Shown here: piece after piece, positions 17,088 to 26,742 of the stretch | Numbering within the stretch: position 1 is the first letter of the stretch | Layout: the number at the start of each line of letters is the position of its first letter | Assembly (NCBI GenBank): GCA_964499235.1 | Contig: CAZCKC010000009.1 | Span: 1-35,643 of the forward strand | Direction: 5' to 3' | DNA from: an uncultured Planctomycetales bacterium | GTDB lineage: Bacteria; Planctomycetota; Phycisphaerae; UBA1845; Fen-1342 | Length of the DNA: 35,643 nt | Position numbers and translations under genes: made by a program | Notes under the pieces: generated by a model | The model's input: only the letters and a program-made list of their open reading frames with translations | Database searches by the model: none | Told to the model about the DNA's origin: nothing

Positions 17088-19025
17088 TCAGGAAGCACGC
17101 GGGAGACGGCGGTATTTGAAGGCGATGAGTCCGAACATGCCGACGAGGGGCATGAAACCCAAGGGGCCGCAGAGCGGGTAGACGTTGCGGACGATTTCGA
17201 AGTACTCGTCGTCGACGGAGGTTTGGGCGGTCACGGTCGCTGACACAGGGGTGGTGACTTCGTCGCTGGTGGCGGCCGCGTTGACTTCGATGGCGCCGGC
17301 GACCAACGCCCGAATGACGAGATCGATCAAGCGCGAGGCGTTGATGTCAACGTTGCCGAGATCGAGGACGACCGCGTCGTTGACGAGTTGGGCGTCGAGA
17401 GGAGTGGTTTGGGCGGCGTCGCCGGCGACGAGCCAAGCGCCGACGAATTCGGTGCCGGCGGGAAGCGGGATGGTGAGTTTCACGTCGGTGGCCGAGGCGG
17501 TGCCCATGTTGCTGACGTTGATGCGGGTGCGGACGTCGTCGCCGACGCGGGCGGTGGTTGTTTCGGCTTCGACGGCGACACGGAGGTCGGGGGCGGTTGC
17601 GGGTGCTGGATCTGCGACGGCGGTCGTGAAGGCGATTGCCTGACCGTAAGCCGTGCCGGCCGAGTTGGTGGCGAAGGCGCGGACATAGTAGGTGGTTTCC
17701 GGCGTCAGGTCGGCGATGGTGGTGGCGAAGGTTCCAGAGCCGACGCCGATGGCTTTCACGTTGTCGTCGATGGTCGGGGGGCTGATGAGCGCCCAGCAGA
17801 CCCCAACCGTGAGATCGGGCTCACCGCCATCGTACGTGACGTCGCCGCCGAGGGTGACGTTGCTCTCGTCGACGTCGGTCGCCGCCGCGGTGGTCACCTC
17901 CGGGAGTTGCGTGGGTTGCTCGATTTCGCTGCCGTAGACCGTGCAGAAGACGTCGCCGGCGGTTTCGTAGACGGCGACGATGTCGCCGTAGCGAGTATTG
18001 ATTGCGAGGCTGAGATAATCAGCGGTCGCGATCGTGACCGCCGGCGCGAACGATTCGCCGTTGTCGGTACTGACCGCGTACTTGACCTCGCTGCCATCCA
18101 CATAGCCGTCGATCACGTTTTGATAGGCGTCAACGGCGAGCGTGCGGCCCTGGTTCAAGGTCGTCGTGCCGAAGGTCAGATTGGTTGCCGAATAATCGCT
18201 GGTGTCGATGCGGAGCGCGGTGTCGCCATTGCCACACGTGTAGAGAAATACGCCGTCGTCAGTCGACGCCAGCACGGTCGTGGAGTAGTAGATGTTTTGG
18301 CCGATGGCGTTCGCGCCGCTGAAACTCGTGCCGTTGTCGGTGCTCTTCAGGACGTAGACGCTGGGATCATCTGTTTGGACATAGACGTCGCCCGTCTTCG
18401 GATCGACGTGCACATCGGCGTACGCCCGATGCGAATCAACCGCTGTGGCGACAAACGCCCCCAGGCCATGATCGTCGTTGACGTATAAGGTGGTTCCGCT
18501 GCGGTTCATGAGGTAGACGTACGGATCATCCGTGGCGATATGCACGGTGCCGCTTTCAGCCGCGAGCTCGACCGGTGTGCTGAACGAAGCGCCGCTGTTT
18601 GTGCTGCGGGCGTACTTTAGCTGGCTCGAGTTGGGATCAACCCACGCAACGTGCACAACGCCGCTGGCGTCCACAGCGATTTCGGGCTCCGGTGGGGGAG
18701 ACGGAGCACCCTCGGCCGCTACGAGCGATTCACTCGATCCGGCAAACGCGGGCGGACCGAGAGGCACGCTCACCCGCACAGGCGCGTCGAATGTTGCGCC
18801 GCGATCGGTGCTGCGACCGACCCAAATGTCAGGACCGCTGACATAAAGCACATAGAACGTCCCGTCGGGACTGATCGCGATATTGCGACTCGTGTTTGGA
18901 TACCGAATCGTGTTGTTCGTACCGCTGGTGGAAACAAGGACATCCGCATGCAGAATCTCCGCGTGACAAACGGCGGCACCGAATGAGGCCAAGAAACTCA
19001 TGAGCACGCGTGCGCGAACATTCAT
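17088..19025 (-). CDS. Secreted BNR/Asp-box repeat beta-propeller protein with a DUF11-like repeat domain and a C-terminal hydrophobic anchor plus basic tail
   Basis: Signal peptide MNVRARVLMSFLASFGAAVCHA. Four Asp-box motifs (STDRGATF, STNSGASF, STDNGTSF, STDNGESF) at roughly 78-aa spacing. The C-terminus is PLCGPLGFMPLVGMFGLIAFKYRRLPRAS. SD AAGGGG lies 5 nt upstream. Confidence 0.8.
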   Translation of the reverse strand: MNVRARVLMSFLASFGAAVCHAEILHADVLVSTSGTNNTIRYPNTSRNIAISPDGTFYVLYVSGPDIWVGRSTDRGATFDAPVRVSVPLGPPAFAGSSESLVAAEGAPSPPPEPEIAVDASGVVHVAWVDPNSSQLKYARSTNSGASFSTPVELAAESGTVHIATDDPYVYLMNRSGTTLYVNDDHGLGAFVATAVDSHRAYADVHVDPKTGDVYVQTDDPSVYVLKSTDNGTSFSGANAIGQNIYYSTTVLASTDDGVFLYTCGNGDTALRIDTSDYSATNLTFGTTTLNQGRTLAVDAYQNVIDGYVDGSEVKYAVSTDNGESFAPAVTIATADYLSLAINTRYGDIVAVYETAGDVFCTVYGSEIEQPTQLPEVTTAAATDVDESNVTLGGDVTYDGGEPDLTVGVCWALISPPTIDDNVKAIGVGSGTFATTIADLTPETTYYVRAFATNSAGTAYGQAIAFTTAVADPAPATAPDLRVAVEAETTTARVGDDVRTRINVSNMGTASATDVKLTIPLPAGTEFVGAWLVAGDAAQTTPLDAQLVNDAVVLDLGNVDINASRLIDLVIRALVAGAIEVNAAATSDEVTTPVSATVTAQTSVDDEYFEIVRNVYPLCGPLGFMPLVGMFGLIAFKYRRLPRAS

Positions 19026-19295
19026 CGTGATTGCCCCTTGGCGGCCGAGATTTCATGCTGGACGCAGTGCGCCCGCGTCCTGGGAACGCGTTGCACCGTT
19101 GGTGAATACGCTTTTATCTAGCGCGGCCGTCACGGCTGCGGAAGATACGGCACGTCATTAGGGATATCGGCATGTCGCGTAACGCGGCTAAACCAGCGGG
19201 CGGTAGCGGTGCGTTTTGGTGGCGTGCTGGTCGTCGAGACGCGCAACCCGGAATCGGGTGGCAGGCGGCAGGCGCCGCTGCGGCGCTGGAGCTGC

Positions 19296-20480
19296 TTACT
19301 TCACCTCGGTCAGCTTGACGGCCGCGCGGTTCTTCGCTGCCAGCAGCGCCGCCTCAAGCACCCGCTGCGTCTCGTAGGCGTCGGCGAAGTCCGGCAGCGG
19401 CAGGATCGGCTCCTCGCCGCCCAGCGTGGCCATCATATCGGCCACCATGTTCACGAAGGTGTGCTCGTAGCCGATGATGTGCGCGTCAGGCCACCACGCG
19501 CCCGCGTAGGGGTGCTCGCCGGCCTTCGTGCACATGATCCGCCGCCACCCGGCCGTGGCGTCGTCGTCCTCGGCGTTGTAATAGTAGAGCAGGTTCATGT
19601 TCTCGAAGTCGAACTTCAGTGAGCCCTTCGAGCCGTTCAGTTCGATGCCGTTGTTATTCTGGTTGCCGGGCGCAACGCGGGTGGCCTCGAAGCTCGCCAC
19701 CGCCCCGCCGTTGAGCCGGGCGAGGAACAGCACCGCGTCATCGACGTCGACCTTGCCCTTCTGTGGGCGGCGCCGGCGGGTGGTTCCGCCGGTGGCCTTG
19801 TTGGACGGCGGCAGCGGGCGCTCCTGGATAAAGGTCTCGGCGATCGCGCCACTGACCTCGACGAACTCCTGGCCGGTGATGAAGCGGGCCATGTCGACGA
19901 TGTGGGCGTTCAGGTCGCCGTGCGCGCCCGAGCCGGCGTATTTCTTCTGGAAGCGCCAGGCGAGCTGGACGTCCGGCGTGGCCCAGTCCTGGAGGTAGTG
20001 CGCGCGGATGTGCCGGATCTCGCCGATCACGCCCTTCTGGACGAGCTGTCGGGCGAACGCGACGGCCGGGCAGCGGCGGTAATTAAACCAGACAAAAGTC
20101 GTCGCCTTGCGGGAACGGGCGGCAGCGTTTTTCATCTGGCGAGCTTCTTTGAGGGTGTTCGCCAGCGGCTTCTCACAGGCGACGTGCTTACCGGCGGAAA
20201 GGGCCGCGAGCGCGATTTCGCCATGAGAGTTATTCGGAGTCGAAATGTCGACGAGGTCGATCTCGGGGTCCTTGACGACCTCTTTCCAGTTGGTGTTGTA
20301 GTTTTCCCAACCCCACCGGTCGGCAAAGGGTGCGAGCGCGATCAGATCGCGGCCGACAATTGTGTGCATCACCGGCTCGCGGGGCACGTTGAAGAAGCGG
20401 GCGGCCTTCAGGTAAGCGTTGCTGTGGGCGCGGCCCATGAATTTCTGACCGATGAGCGCGATATTGCATTTATCGGACAT
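19296..20480 (-). CDS. Gfo/Idh/MocA-family NAD(P)-dependent oxidoreductase
   Basis: N-terminal Rossmann CNIALIGQKFMGRAHSNAY and a conserved EKPLA motif. The start was trimmed to the ATG at 20480 (MSDKCNIALIG). An Arg-rich insert (TRRRRPQKGK) lies mid-protein. Confidence 0.85.
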   Translation of the reverse strand: MSDKCNIALIGQKFMGRAHSNAYLKAARFFNVPREPVMHTIVGRDLIALAPFADRWGWENYNTNWKEVVKDPEIDLVDISTPNNSHGEIALAALSAGKHVACEKPLANTLKEARQMKNAAARSRKATTFVWFNYRRCPAVAFARQLVQKGVIGEIRHIRAHYLQDWATPDVQLAWRFQKKYAGSGAHGDLNAHIVDMARFITGQEFVEVSGAIAETFIQERPLPPSNKATGGTTRRRRPQKGKVDVDDAVLFLARLNGGAVASFEATRVAPGNQNNNGIELNGSKGSLKFDFENMNLLYYYNAEDDDATAGWRRIMCTKAGEHPYAGAWWPDAHIIGYEHTFVNMVADMMATLGGEEPILPLPDFADAYETQRVLEAALLAAKNRAAVKLTEVK

Positions 20481-20684
20481 TACACAATCCCTTGTGACTG
20501 GCGGATCGAGGCGCAAAGGTGCCGCAGGTATACAAGAGCGTCGTGCCGATCGCAAGGCCTTGGCAGAGCGACGCTTAGAATTACGGGCCGCCGGTGGAAA
20601 CCGGCGTGCGGCCGACGGGCGGGCGGCCCTTACCGGAAGCGATTACGGCCCGCCGAGGCAGATGGGGTCAGGGCGGGTGGTGGG

Positions 20685-21191
20685 TCAGCCTTGGAAGTTG
20701 ATGGAGGATTCGGCCTCGGCGTCGGGAGCGAGGCGGAGGCTATTGGATTTGCTGGGGCGTGGCGCGGTCGCTATCGGGGCGCCTTCCATGGCCTCGGCGG
20801 GCGAGTCGCCGGCGGCGATGCGGTCGGCGATGAGCTGCCAAGTTTCCCGTTGGTGGCGGAGGATGCGGACGGCGTCGTCGACCGCTTTCATCTCGTGGCG
20901 GAGGTTGGCATCGACGAGCTTTGTAAAGCAGAAGTTGTAGAGCCCGCGCATCATGTCGACCAGATCTGGGTTGATGTCGCGGTTGAGGCCGTCGCCGAGC
21001 TGAGCACAGATCCGCTGGGCGCGGTCGAGGTTGTTGAAGCTTTCCTCGTAGTTCTTCGCCTCCAGCGCATCACGCCCCTTGGCGCTGAAGCGGATCGCCC
21101 CGTCGAGGAGCATGATCTGGAGCTGCTCCGGCCGGGCGGTCAGCACGGCGTTCTTGAGGTATTCGCGTGAGGCGGCGGCTGTCTGGCTCAT
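20685..21191 (-). CDS. fliS: Flagellar export chaperone FliS
   Basis: QLQIMLLDGAIRF...NLDRAQRI...L..L aligns with the FliS helix pattern (compare B. subtilis ELTLMLYNGCLKF). Start chosen at the ATG at 21191; an alternative ATG lies at 21227. Confidence 0.8.
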   Translation of the reverse strand: MSQTAAASREYLKNAVLTARPEQLQIMLLDGAIRFSAKGRDALEAKNYEESFNNLDRAQRICAQLGDGLNRDINPDLVDMMRGLYNFCFTKLVDANLRHEMKAVDDAVRILRHQRETWQLIADRIAAGDSPAEAMEGAPIATAPRPSKSNSLRLAPDAEAESSINFQG

Positions 21192-21263
21192 GCCGGTAAT
21201 ATCGTCCTCGCGGCGGTCGGCTTTCATTAAGCGGCCGCCGATCGGCGGATCGCGAAAAGTGCG

Positions 21264-24200
21264 TTAGAGGGCTGCCGTGCTGGGGGTCGCCCCGCTGAAG
21301 CCGGCGAGCGCGTCCTGCTGGGCGGAGAGCTGGCCGAGGATGTCTTCCATGCGGTAGAACTCCTCGAGGAGCCGCTGGCGGCGGATCTCCAGGATGGCGT
21401 CCATTCGGTCGACGCGGTCGTCGAGGAGGTCGCGCTGGTCGTCGAGGGCGTTGTTGCGGTTGGAAATCAGGCCGCCGGCGCTGACGATGCTGGTAATGGT
21501 TTCACTGAGCTCGACGGCCCGGCCGCCGTCGGGGTCGGTGAAGAAGTCACGGACGGCCTCAGGATCGCGCTCGAGCTCGGCCTGGAGCTCGGTTTCGTCG
21601 AGCTCGAGCTTGCCGTTGGCGCCGAACCCGATGCCGAGCTGCGAGAAGCGGTTGAGCCCGCCGAACCCGGTTGACACGCGGCTGAGCTCACGGAAGAGCC
21701 GGTCCTCGATGGAACGGACGGTGCTCTCGCCGTAGAGGATGCCGCGCTGCTCGGTCTCGACGTCGTAGTCGCTCAGCGTCTCCAGGCGGTCGATCGCGCT
21801 GTTGAAGTCCTTGACGAAGCCGCGGGCGGCCTCGAGCACCTTGTCGAAGCTGCGTTGGACGTTGACGGTGACGGGGGCGTCACTGACGGCTTGGGCGGTG
21901 AGGGTCAGCCCGCCGATGACGTTTTCGAAGGTGTTGGTGCTGCTGGTCATCAGGACGCCGGAGTCGAGCGAGTCGCCGAGGACGATGCTGGCGTCGCGGG
22001 CTTCGGAGAGGGTGTTGAACCGCAGGCCGGTGGTGCCGCCGTCGATGATCAACTCGCCGCGCAGCCCGGTCGACGCCGAGCTGATCGCGAGCCGGTACGG
22101 CGCGACCGGCGAGCCGTCGTTGAAGATTGTCGCGGTGGCGAGCGTGCTCTCGCGGCCGATCTGCTCGGCGAGTTGCTCGAGCGTCGTGTTGCCGTCGGCT
22201 TCGAAATGGAACTCGAACGAGCCGTCGATCGTTCCGTCGGTCGCGGTGCCGAGGAGATTGAGATCGCGGGCGGCGGTGCCCTGCTCGTCGGTCACGGTGA
22301 GCGTTCCCGGGCCGCCGGCCTCGTCGATCAGCACGAGGCCGTCGCCGGTGTCGTTGATCCGCGCCTGGACGTCGACGCTGCTCGTGTTGATCAGGTTCAT
22401 GATCGTCTGGAGGTTGTCGTCGGCCAGGTCGCGGATTTCGATGGTGGCGTGCTTACCGGACGAGTCCTGGACCCGAATCGTGCCGGCGGAGATGCCCTGC
22501 CCGTTGTTAAGATCGTCGAGCAGTGTTTGCTCGGTGAGGTACTGCTTTTGCAGGTTATCGGAAGTCAGCGTGACGCCGCTGCCCGCCAGGCCGGTGTCGG
22601 CCGCGAAGGTGCCGTTGACGTCCTGGATCGTGAGCGGGTTGGCGCCATCTTCCGACTGAATCGTGAGCTTCGTGCCGGTCCGGTCGAAGCCGACGGTGAG
22701 CGCGAAGTCGGCGGCGGCGGCAGCTTGTTCGATCTTCCGCGTCACGTCGGCCAGCGTTTCGGCGTCGGTGAGGTCGACCTCGACGACGACATCATCCTGA
22801 GCGAGCGAGATGACGCCGCCAGCAAAGCCGCGGCCGCCGTTCAGCGTGCTCAGCATCGTGGTGTTCACGCCACCGATGAGACGCGTTCCCGTGACGCCGG
22901 CGGCGGCAGCGTAGGTCCCTTCGCGGATGCCGAGCGTGGCGAGCGATTGGGAATCGTTCTCGGCCGCGACCACGAGCGCGCCGGTCACGCCGTCCGCGCC
23001 GGTGATGGTGATCGCCTTGCCATCCGCGCTGATGGCTCCCTGGATGAGCGGCTCACGCGGCGCGGCGCCATCGCGCCCGTTGCTGGCTGAAAAATTGATC
23101 GCGGCCAGCACGTCGGCGATCGAGTCCATGTGGAGAATGTCGCGGCCCTCGAGGCGGTCGGAGTCTTCCGTCGCGGCGATGCCGAGGTCACGGGCCGCGT
23201 GGCCGGTGACGTCCTCGATGACCAGCGGGCCGGCGGGCGCTTCGTCGTTTTGCTCGTCGACACTGACGTCGTTGATGACGAGGTGGCCCGTGGTCATGAC
23301 GACGTTCAAGCGGTTGCTGCCGTCGCTCGCCTGGGTCTGTTCCTGGAGCGCGACGCGGACGTCGTCGACGGTCTCGGCGCCGGCGAGGTCGACCTCGTGA
23401 ACACTCCCGTCGCGCGTGGTGATCTTCATCACGCCGAGCTCGACGCCCGTCCCGTGATTCAGCCGGTCGAGCCGCGTATCGGGCTTGATGGTTTCCGAGA
23501 GCTCGACATTTACCGTCTGGCCGCCGACCGCGACCGAGAAGTCGGTGCTGGCGATCAGGTGCTGGATCCCGCGGCCGTCGTTTAAGACCGATAGCGGCGT
23601 GGTGGCGGCCAGCGTCGCCAGACTTGCACCACGCAGGACGCCGTCGGTCGCGACGTGCTGGCCGAAGGCGAAGCCGAGCGACTCAGCCGTCGACCCGCCG
23701 GCGACCTCGTTAATCTCGAGGCGGCCGCCGGTCGTCTCGGTCAGCACCAGGGCGTCGTCTTCGACGGCCGCGCGGACGTCGAGGCCGGCCGCGTTGATCC
23801 GGTCGACGACGTCATTGAGGGTTCGGGCGTCAACAATGTTGACGGTCGCGCTCTGGCCGCCGGCGTCGGTCAGAGCAAGGGCGCCGCGGGCGACGCCGTG
23901 ATAGCCGTTGAGAGCCTCGAGCCGGGTGGCGGTCTGGACGCGGGCGGCGGCGGACTCGACCGTGAGCGTGCCCTGGGCGAGCGGGCTCGACAGGGACTGG
24001 AAGCCGCCGGAGACGACCTGCTGGGTGGCGGCCAGCGACCGGACGACGAACTGGTGACTGCCGGGCGTCGAACGGGTCGTGGCGGTTGCGGTCAGGGCAC
24101 TGGGGTTGGAGGAGGTCGCGTTGCGGGTGTCGAAAAAACTGGGCTGGCGGAGCGAATTCAGCCGACCCTGCATGGCGGTAATTCGCGCAGAAACGTCCAG

Positions 24201-24344
24201 GAAGGCCGTCTTTTGCGCGTCGAGCGTGTCCATCCGTCTTTCGAGCTGCTGCTTCGGCTGGGCTTCGATGGCCATCAGCTGATCGACGAGATCGTTGATG
24301 TTGAGGCCGGAGAAAAGGCCGATGCCGGACGAAATCGTTCCCAC
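21264..24344 (-). CDS. fliD: Flagellar filament cap protein FliD (hook-associated protein 2), unusually long at 1026 aa with internal degenerate repeats
   Basis: The N-terminus GIGLFSGLNINDLVDQLMAIEAQPKQQL and the C-terminal coiled-coil (LLEEFYRMEDILGQLSAQQDAL) are typical FliD termini. GTG start at 24344 with SD AGGAG 7 nt upstream. Confidence 0.88.
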   Translation of the reverse strand: MGTISSGIGLFSGLNINDLVDQLMAIEAQPKQQLERRMDTLDAQKTAFLDVSARITAMQGRLNSLRQPSFFDTRNATSSNPSALTATATTRSTPGSHQFVVRSLAATQQVVSGGFQSLSSPLAQGTLTVESAAARVQTATRLEALNGYHGVARGALALTDAGGQSATVNIVDARTLNDVVDRINAAGLDVRAAVEDDALVLTETTGGRLEINEVAGGSTAESLGFAFGQHVATDGVLRGASLATLAATTPLSVLNDGRGIQHLIASTDFSVAVGGQTVNVELSETIKPDTRLDRLNHGTGVELGVMKITTRDGSVHEVDLAGAETVDDVRVALQEQTQASDGSNRLNVVMTTGHLVINDVSVDEQNDEAPAGPLVIEDVTGHAARDLGIAATEDSDRLEGRDILHMDSIADVLAAINFSASNGRDGAAPREPLIQGAISADGKAITITGADGVTGALVVAAENDSQSLATLGIREGTYAAAAGVTGTRLIGGVNTTMLSTLNGGRGFAGGVISLAQDDVVVEVDLTDAETLADVTRKIEQAAAAADFALTVGFDRTGTKLTIQSEDGANPLTIQDVNGTFAADTGLAGSGVTLTSDNLQKQYLTEQTLLDDLNNGQGISAGTIRVQDSSGKHATIEIRDLADDNLQTIMNLINTSSVDVQARINDTGDGLVLIDEAGGPGTLTVTDEQGTAARDLNLLGTATDGTIDGSFEFHFEADGNTTLEQLAEQIGRESTLATATIFNDGSPVAPYRLAISSASTGLRGELIIDGGTTGLRFNTLSEARDASIVLGDSLDSGVLMTSSTNTFENVIGGLTLTAQAVSDAPVTVNVQRSFDKVLEAARGFVKDFNSAIDRLETLSDYDVETEQRGILYGESTVRSIEDRLFRELSRVSTGFGGLNRFSQLGIGFGANGKLELDETELQAELERDPEAVRDFFTDPDGGRAVELSETITSIVSAGGLISNRNNALDDQRDLLDDRVDRMDAILEIRRQRLLEEFYRMEDILGQLSAQQDALAGFSGATPSTAAL

Positions 24345-24672
24345 GGCAGCACTCCTGGTGGCGGATTATCAGGCCCACCGCAGCCGATGTCGGCCGCGGT
24401 GCACTCTCGAGTAGGCACGCGGCATTCCGAACCGTGCCGGGCGGGCGCGTCGCACAGCGGGGGCTACGGGGCGCATCGGCTCAGGCGGCCGCCGGCTTAG
24501 GTTGGGGCCGGGAAAACCAGCAGTTCCGAGGCGGCGGCCCACAATTTGGCTGCCGCAATGCCAGCTGGCGGCCAGTCGATTACGATGTGGCAGGTCGAAA
24601 CCATCTCCAGGCTGTTGAGCCAGACAAATTCCGTTTCAATCTGAAACGCCGACGTGAAAGAAAGGTACGTTG
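24345..24672. promoter_or_regulatory. Divergent intergenic region between fliD (minus) and the TAT-AKR gene (plus)
   Basis: A 328-bp gap. No convincing sigma-28 (TAAA-N15-GCCGATAA) or sigma-54 (GG-N10-GC) match was found by eye. Confidence 0.3.
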
Positions 24673-25710
24673 ATGAGCAGGGCTGATCGGCCGACGCGGC
24701 GGGATTTTCTCCAGTGGGGAACGGCGGCTTCGGGCGCGTTTCTGACGGGCGGGTTGCCGGTCTGGGCGGCCGCGGCGGAGGAGCCCGCGAAGCCGCAACC
24801 GCAGCCGCTGCCGACGCAGAAATGGGGGAAGCTGGATCACCGGGTGGGGATGCTGTGGCTGGGGACGGCCCACATCCACCGCGGCAAGTCGCTGGACGAG
24901 GCGGCCGCCCTCGTGCAGGACGCACTGGATAAGGGGATCACCCAGATCGACACGGCCCGCAGCTATGGCAGCGAGGACGCGATCGGGCGGGCGATCCGGG
25001 GCCGACGGGATCAGCTCACACTGCTGACGAAAACGACCGACCGCAGCTATGACGGGGCGATGCGCGAGCTCGAGCAGTCGCTGAAGGCGCTCGGCACTGA
25101 CCACGTCGACGTGTGGAAGGTGCATTCAATCGGCTATCGGCACGATGGTGAGCAGGAGATCGAGAACCTCCGCAACCGCAACGGCGTGATGAAGGCGATG
25201 CGGAAGGCGAAGGCCGAGGGACTGACGAAGTATATCGGCTTCACCGGCCACACCGACCCCGCGTACATGGTGAAGGTGATGGAGTGGGATACGGACGGCG
25301 AGTTCGACACCTTGCTGTACGCGATCTCGGCTGCGACGTGGCGGAACCAGCCCGGCTGGGAGGAGCAGGTCACGCCGCTGGCCCGCGAGAAGAACTATGG
25401 CCTGATGGGCATGAAGGTACTCAACGCGGGCAGTGCGGTCGGTGTTGGCGGTCGGCGGGCCTCCGTGCAGGAGCTGGCGGCGTACGTTTACGACCTCAAT
25501 CTGCCGACGATCACGCTGGGCCTGTACAAGCGGGCGGAGGTCGACACGGCGATCGCCGCGTGTCGGGCGTACGCGGCGAAGCGCGAGCAGAAATCGGAGC
25601 ACAGCGCCGCCCGCGAGCGGTCCCGGGCCGCGTTGCACGCGAAGCTGGCGGGGCTCGACCTGCCCTACCAGCGGCCGGGCTACGTTGACGGGCGCGTGGC
25701 GGTGGGATGA
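24673..25710 (+). CDS. Aldo/keto reductase with a twin-arginine (TAT) signal peptide
   Basis: TRRDFLQWGTAASGAFL matches the S/T-R-R-x-F-L-K TAT motif, followed by an AxA-like cleavage region. AKR fold motifs follow (IDTARSYG, LTLLTK). A TTG one codon upstream (24670) is an alternative start. The stop overlaps the miaE-like ATG (ATGA). Confidence 0.85.
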   Translation: MSRADRPTRRDFLQWGTAASGAFLTGGLPVWAAAAEEPAKPQPQPLPTQKWGKLDHRVGMLWLGTAHIHRGKSLDEAAALVQDALDKGITQIDTARSYGSEDAIGRAIRGRRDQLTLLTKTTDRSYDGAMRELEQSLKALGTDHVDVWKVHSIGYRHDGEQEIENLRNRNGVMKAMRKAKAEGLTKYIGFTGHTDPAYMVKVMEWDTDGEFDTLLYAISAATWRNQPGWEEQVTPLAREKNYGLMGMKVLNAGSAVGVGGRRASVQELAAYVYDLNLPTITLGLYKRAEVDTAIAACRAYAAKREQKSEHSAARERSRAALHAKLAGLDLPYQRPGYVDGRVAVG

Positions 25711-26384
25711 CGACGCCGGCGATGGCATCAGCCGAGTCGGGGCGCCCGGACGCTGAGCTGCGCGACAAGCTGCCGCTGCGCTATTGGACGCCGGCGAGCT
25801 GGGCCCGGGCCGTTCTGGCTGCGCCGCTGGCGCTGCTGAACGATCACGCGTTTCTGGAGAAGAAGGCGGCCGCCAACGCGCTGACGTTGCTGCACCGCTG
25901 GCCGGATCCGGCCCCGCCGCAGCGCTGGGTCGAGCAACTGACGGCGATTGCGCGGGACGAAGTGGAGCATCTGGCGATCGTGACGCGGCTGATCGCGCGG
26001 CGGGGCGGGCAACTCGAGAAGTTTCACCGCAACGTATACGCCGGCGATCTGCGGCAACTGGTGCGGCTGGGCTTGGGCGCGCGCGAGATCATGGACCGGC
26101 TGATGGTGTCGGCGCTGATTGAAGCGCGATCGTGCGAACGGTTTGCGCTGCTGGCGGCGGCGGCGGAAGAGGCCGAGCTCGCCCGGCTTTACGGCGGGTT
26201 GTGGCGGAGCGAGCACGGGCACTATCACGTGTTTATCGAGCTGGCGCGGCAGCTGCCCGGGCTGGCGGACGCCGAGGTCGAGACGCGGTGGGCGGAGATG
26301 CTGGCGGTCGAGGCCGAGATCATCGCCCGCCAGCCCTCGGGGCCGCGGATGCACAGCGGCCTCGCGGAAGTGACGCCGGGGTAA
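25707..26384 (+). CDS. miaE: MiaE-like ferritin-fold di-iron hydroxylase (tRNA ms2io6A37 hydroxylase family)
   Basis: LLNDHAFLEKKAAANALTLL and EHGHYHVF/ELARSE-type His/Glu ligand motifs recall the MiaE family. This is a family-level call only. Confidence 0.7.
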   Translation: MTTPAMASAESGRPDAELRDKLPLRYWTPASWARAVLAAPLALLNDHAFLEKKAAANALTLLHRWPDPAPPQRWVEQLTAIARDEVEHLAIVTRLIARRGGQLEKFHRNVYAGDLRQLVRLGLGAREIMDRLMVSALIEARSCERFALLAAAAEEAELARLYGGLWRSEHGHYHVFIELARQLPGLADAEVETRWAEMLAVEAEIIARQPSGPRMHSGLAEVTPG

Positions 26385-26742
26385 ACGTATTGTCGCCAGC
26401 GCCGTTCTTGACTGCGCAACCAAGGCGATGAGCGACCCAGACGCTTCATGACGCGCGACCGCGCCGTGCACGCTGCGTGCGCCTGTCGTCGCCCACCTCC
26501 CATCATCCTGCCGCCCGCTCCCAACCAGGCTGGCCGTTCGCAGCGGGTCGAAGTTTTCGTATGACAGGACCCGCGCAATCGTGGGCGTTTGTCCCTATTA
26601 CGCCGGTGTGCCTTGCGGTGATATCGTTGTTGACGCTTCACCGGCCGGGCGTTGACCGATCGCCAGACGGCTGACGCGCCCGCGGCGTGGTCGCGGGTGG
26701 CGTCGGCGCCCGTCGACATTGACCCAGAAAGGAGCAGTCACC

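Noticed and set aside
24345-24440. Search for a sigma-28 (TAAA-N15-GCCGATAA) or sigma-54 (TGGCAC-N5-TTGC) promoter upstream of fliD
   Set aside because: Only partial matches (GCCGACAT and CTGATAAT, with no -35 partner; a GGCAC element with wrong spacing to GC); nothing convincing
25728-26471. 247-aa minus-strand ORF antisense to the miaE-like gene, and 26902..28014 antisense to the secreted protein gene
   Set aside because: Arg-rich composition, no motifs, and overlap with motif-supported genes
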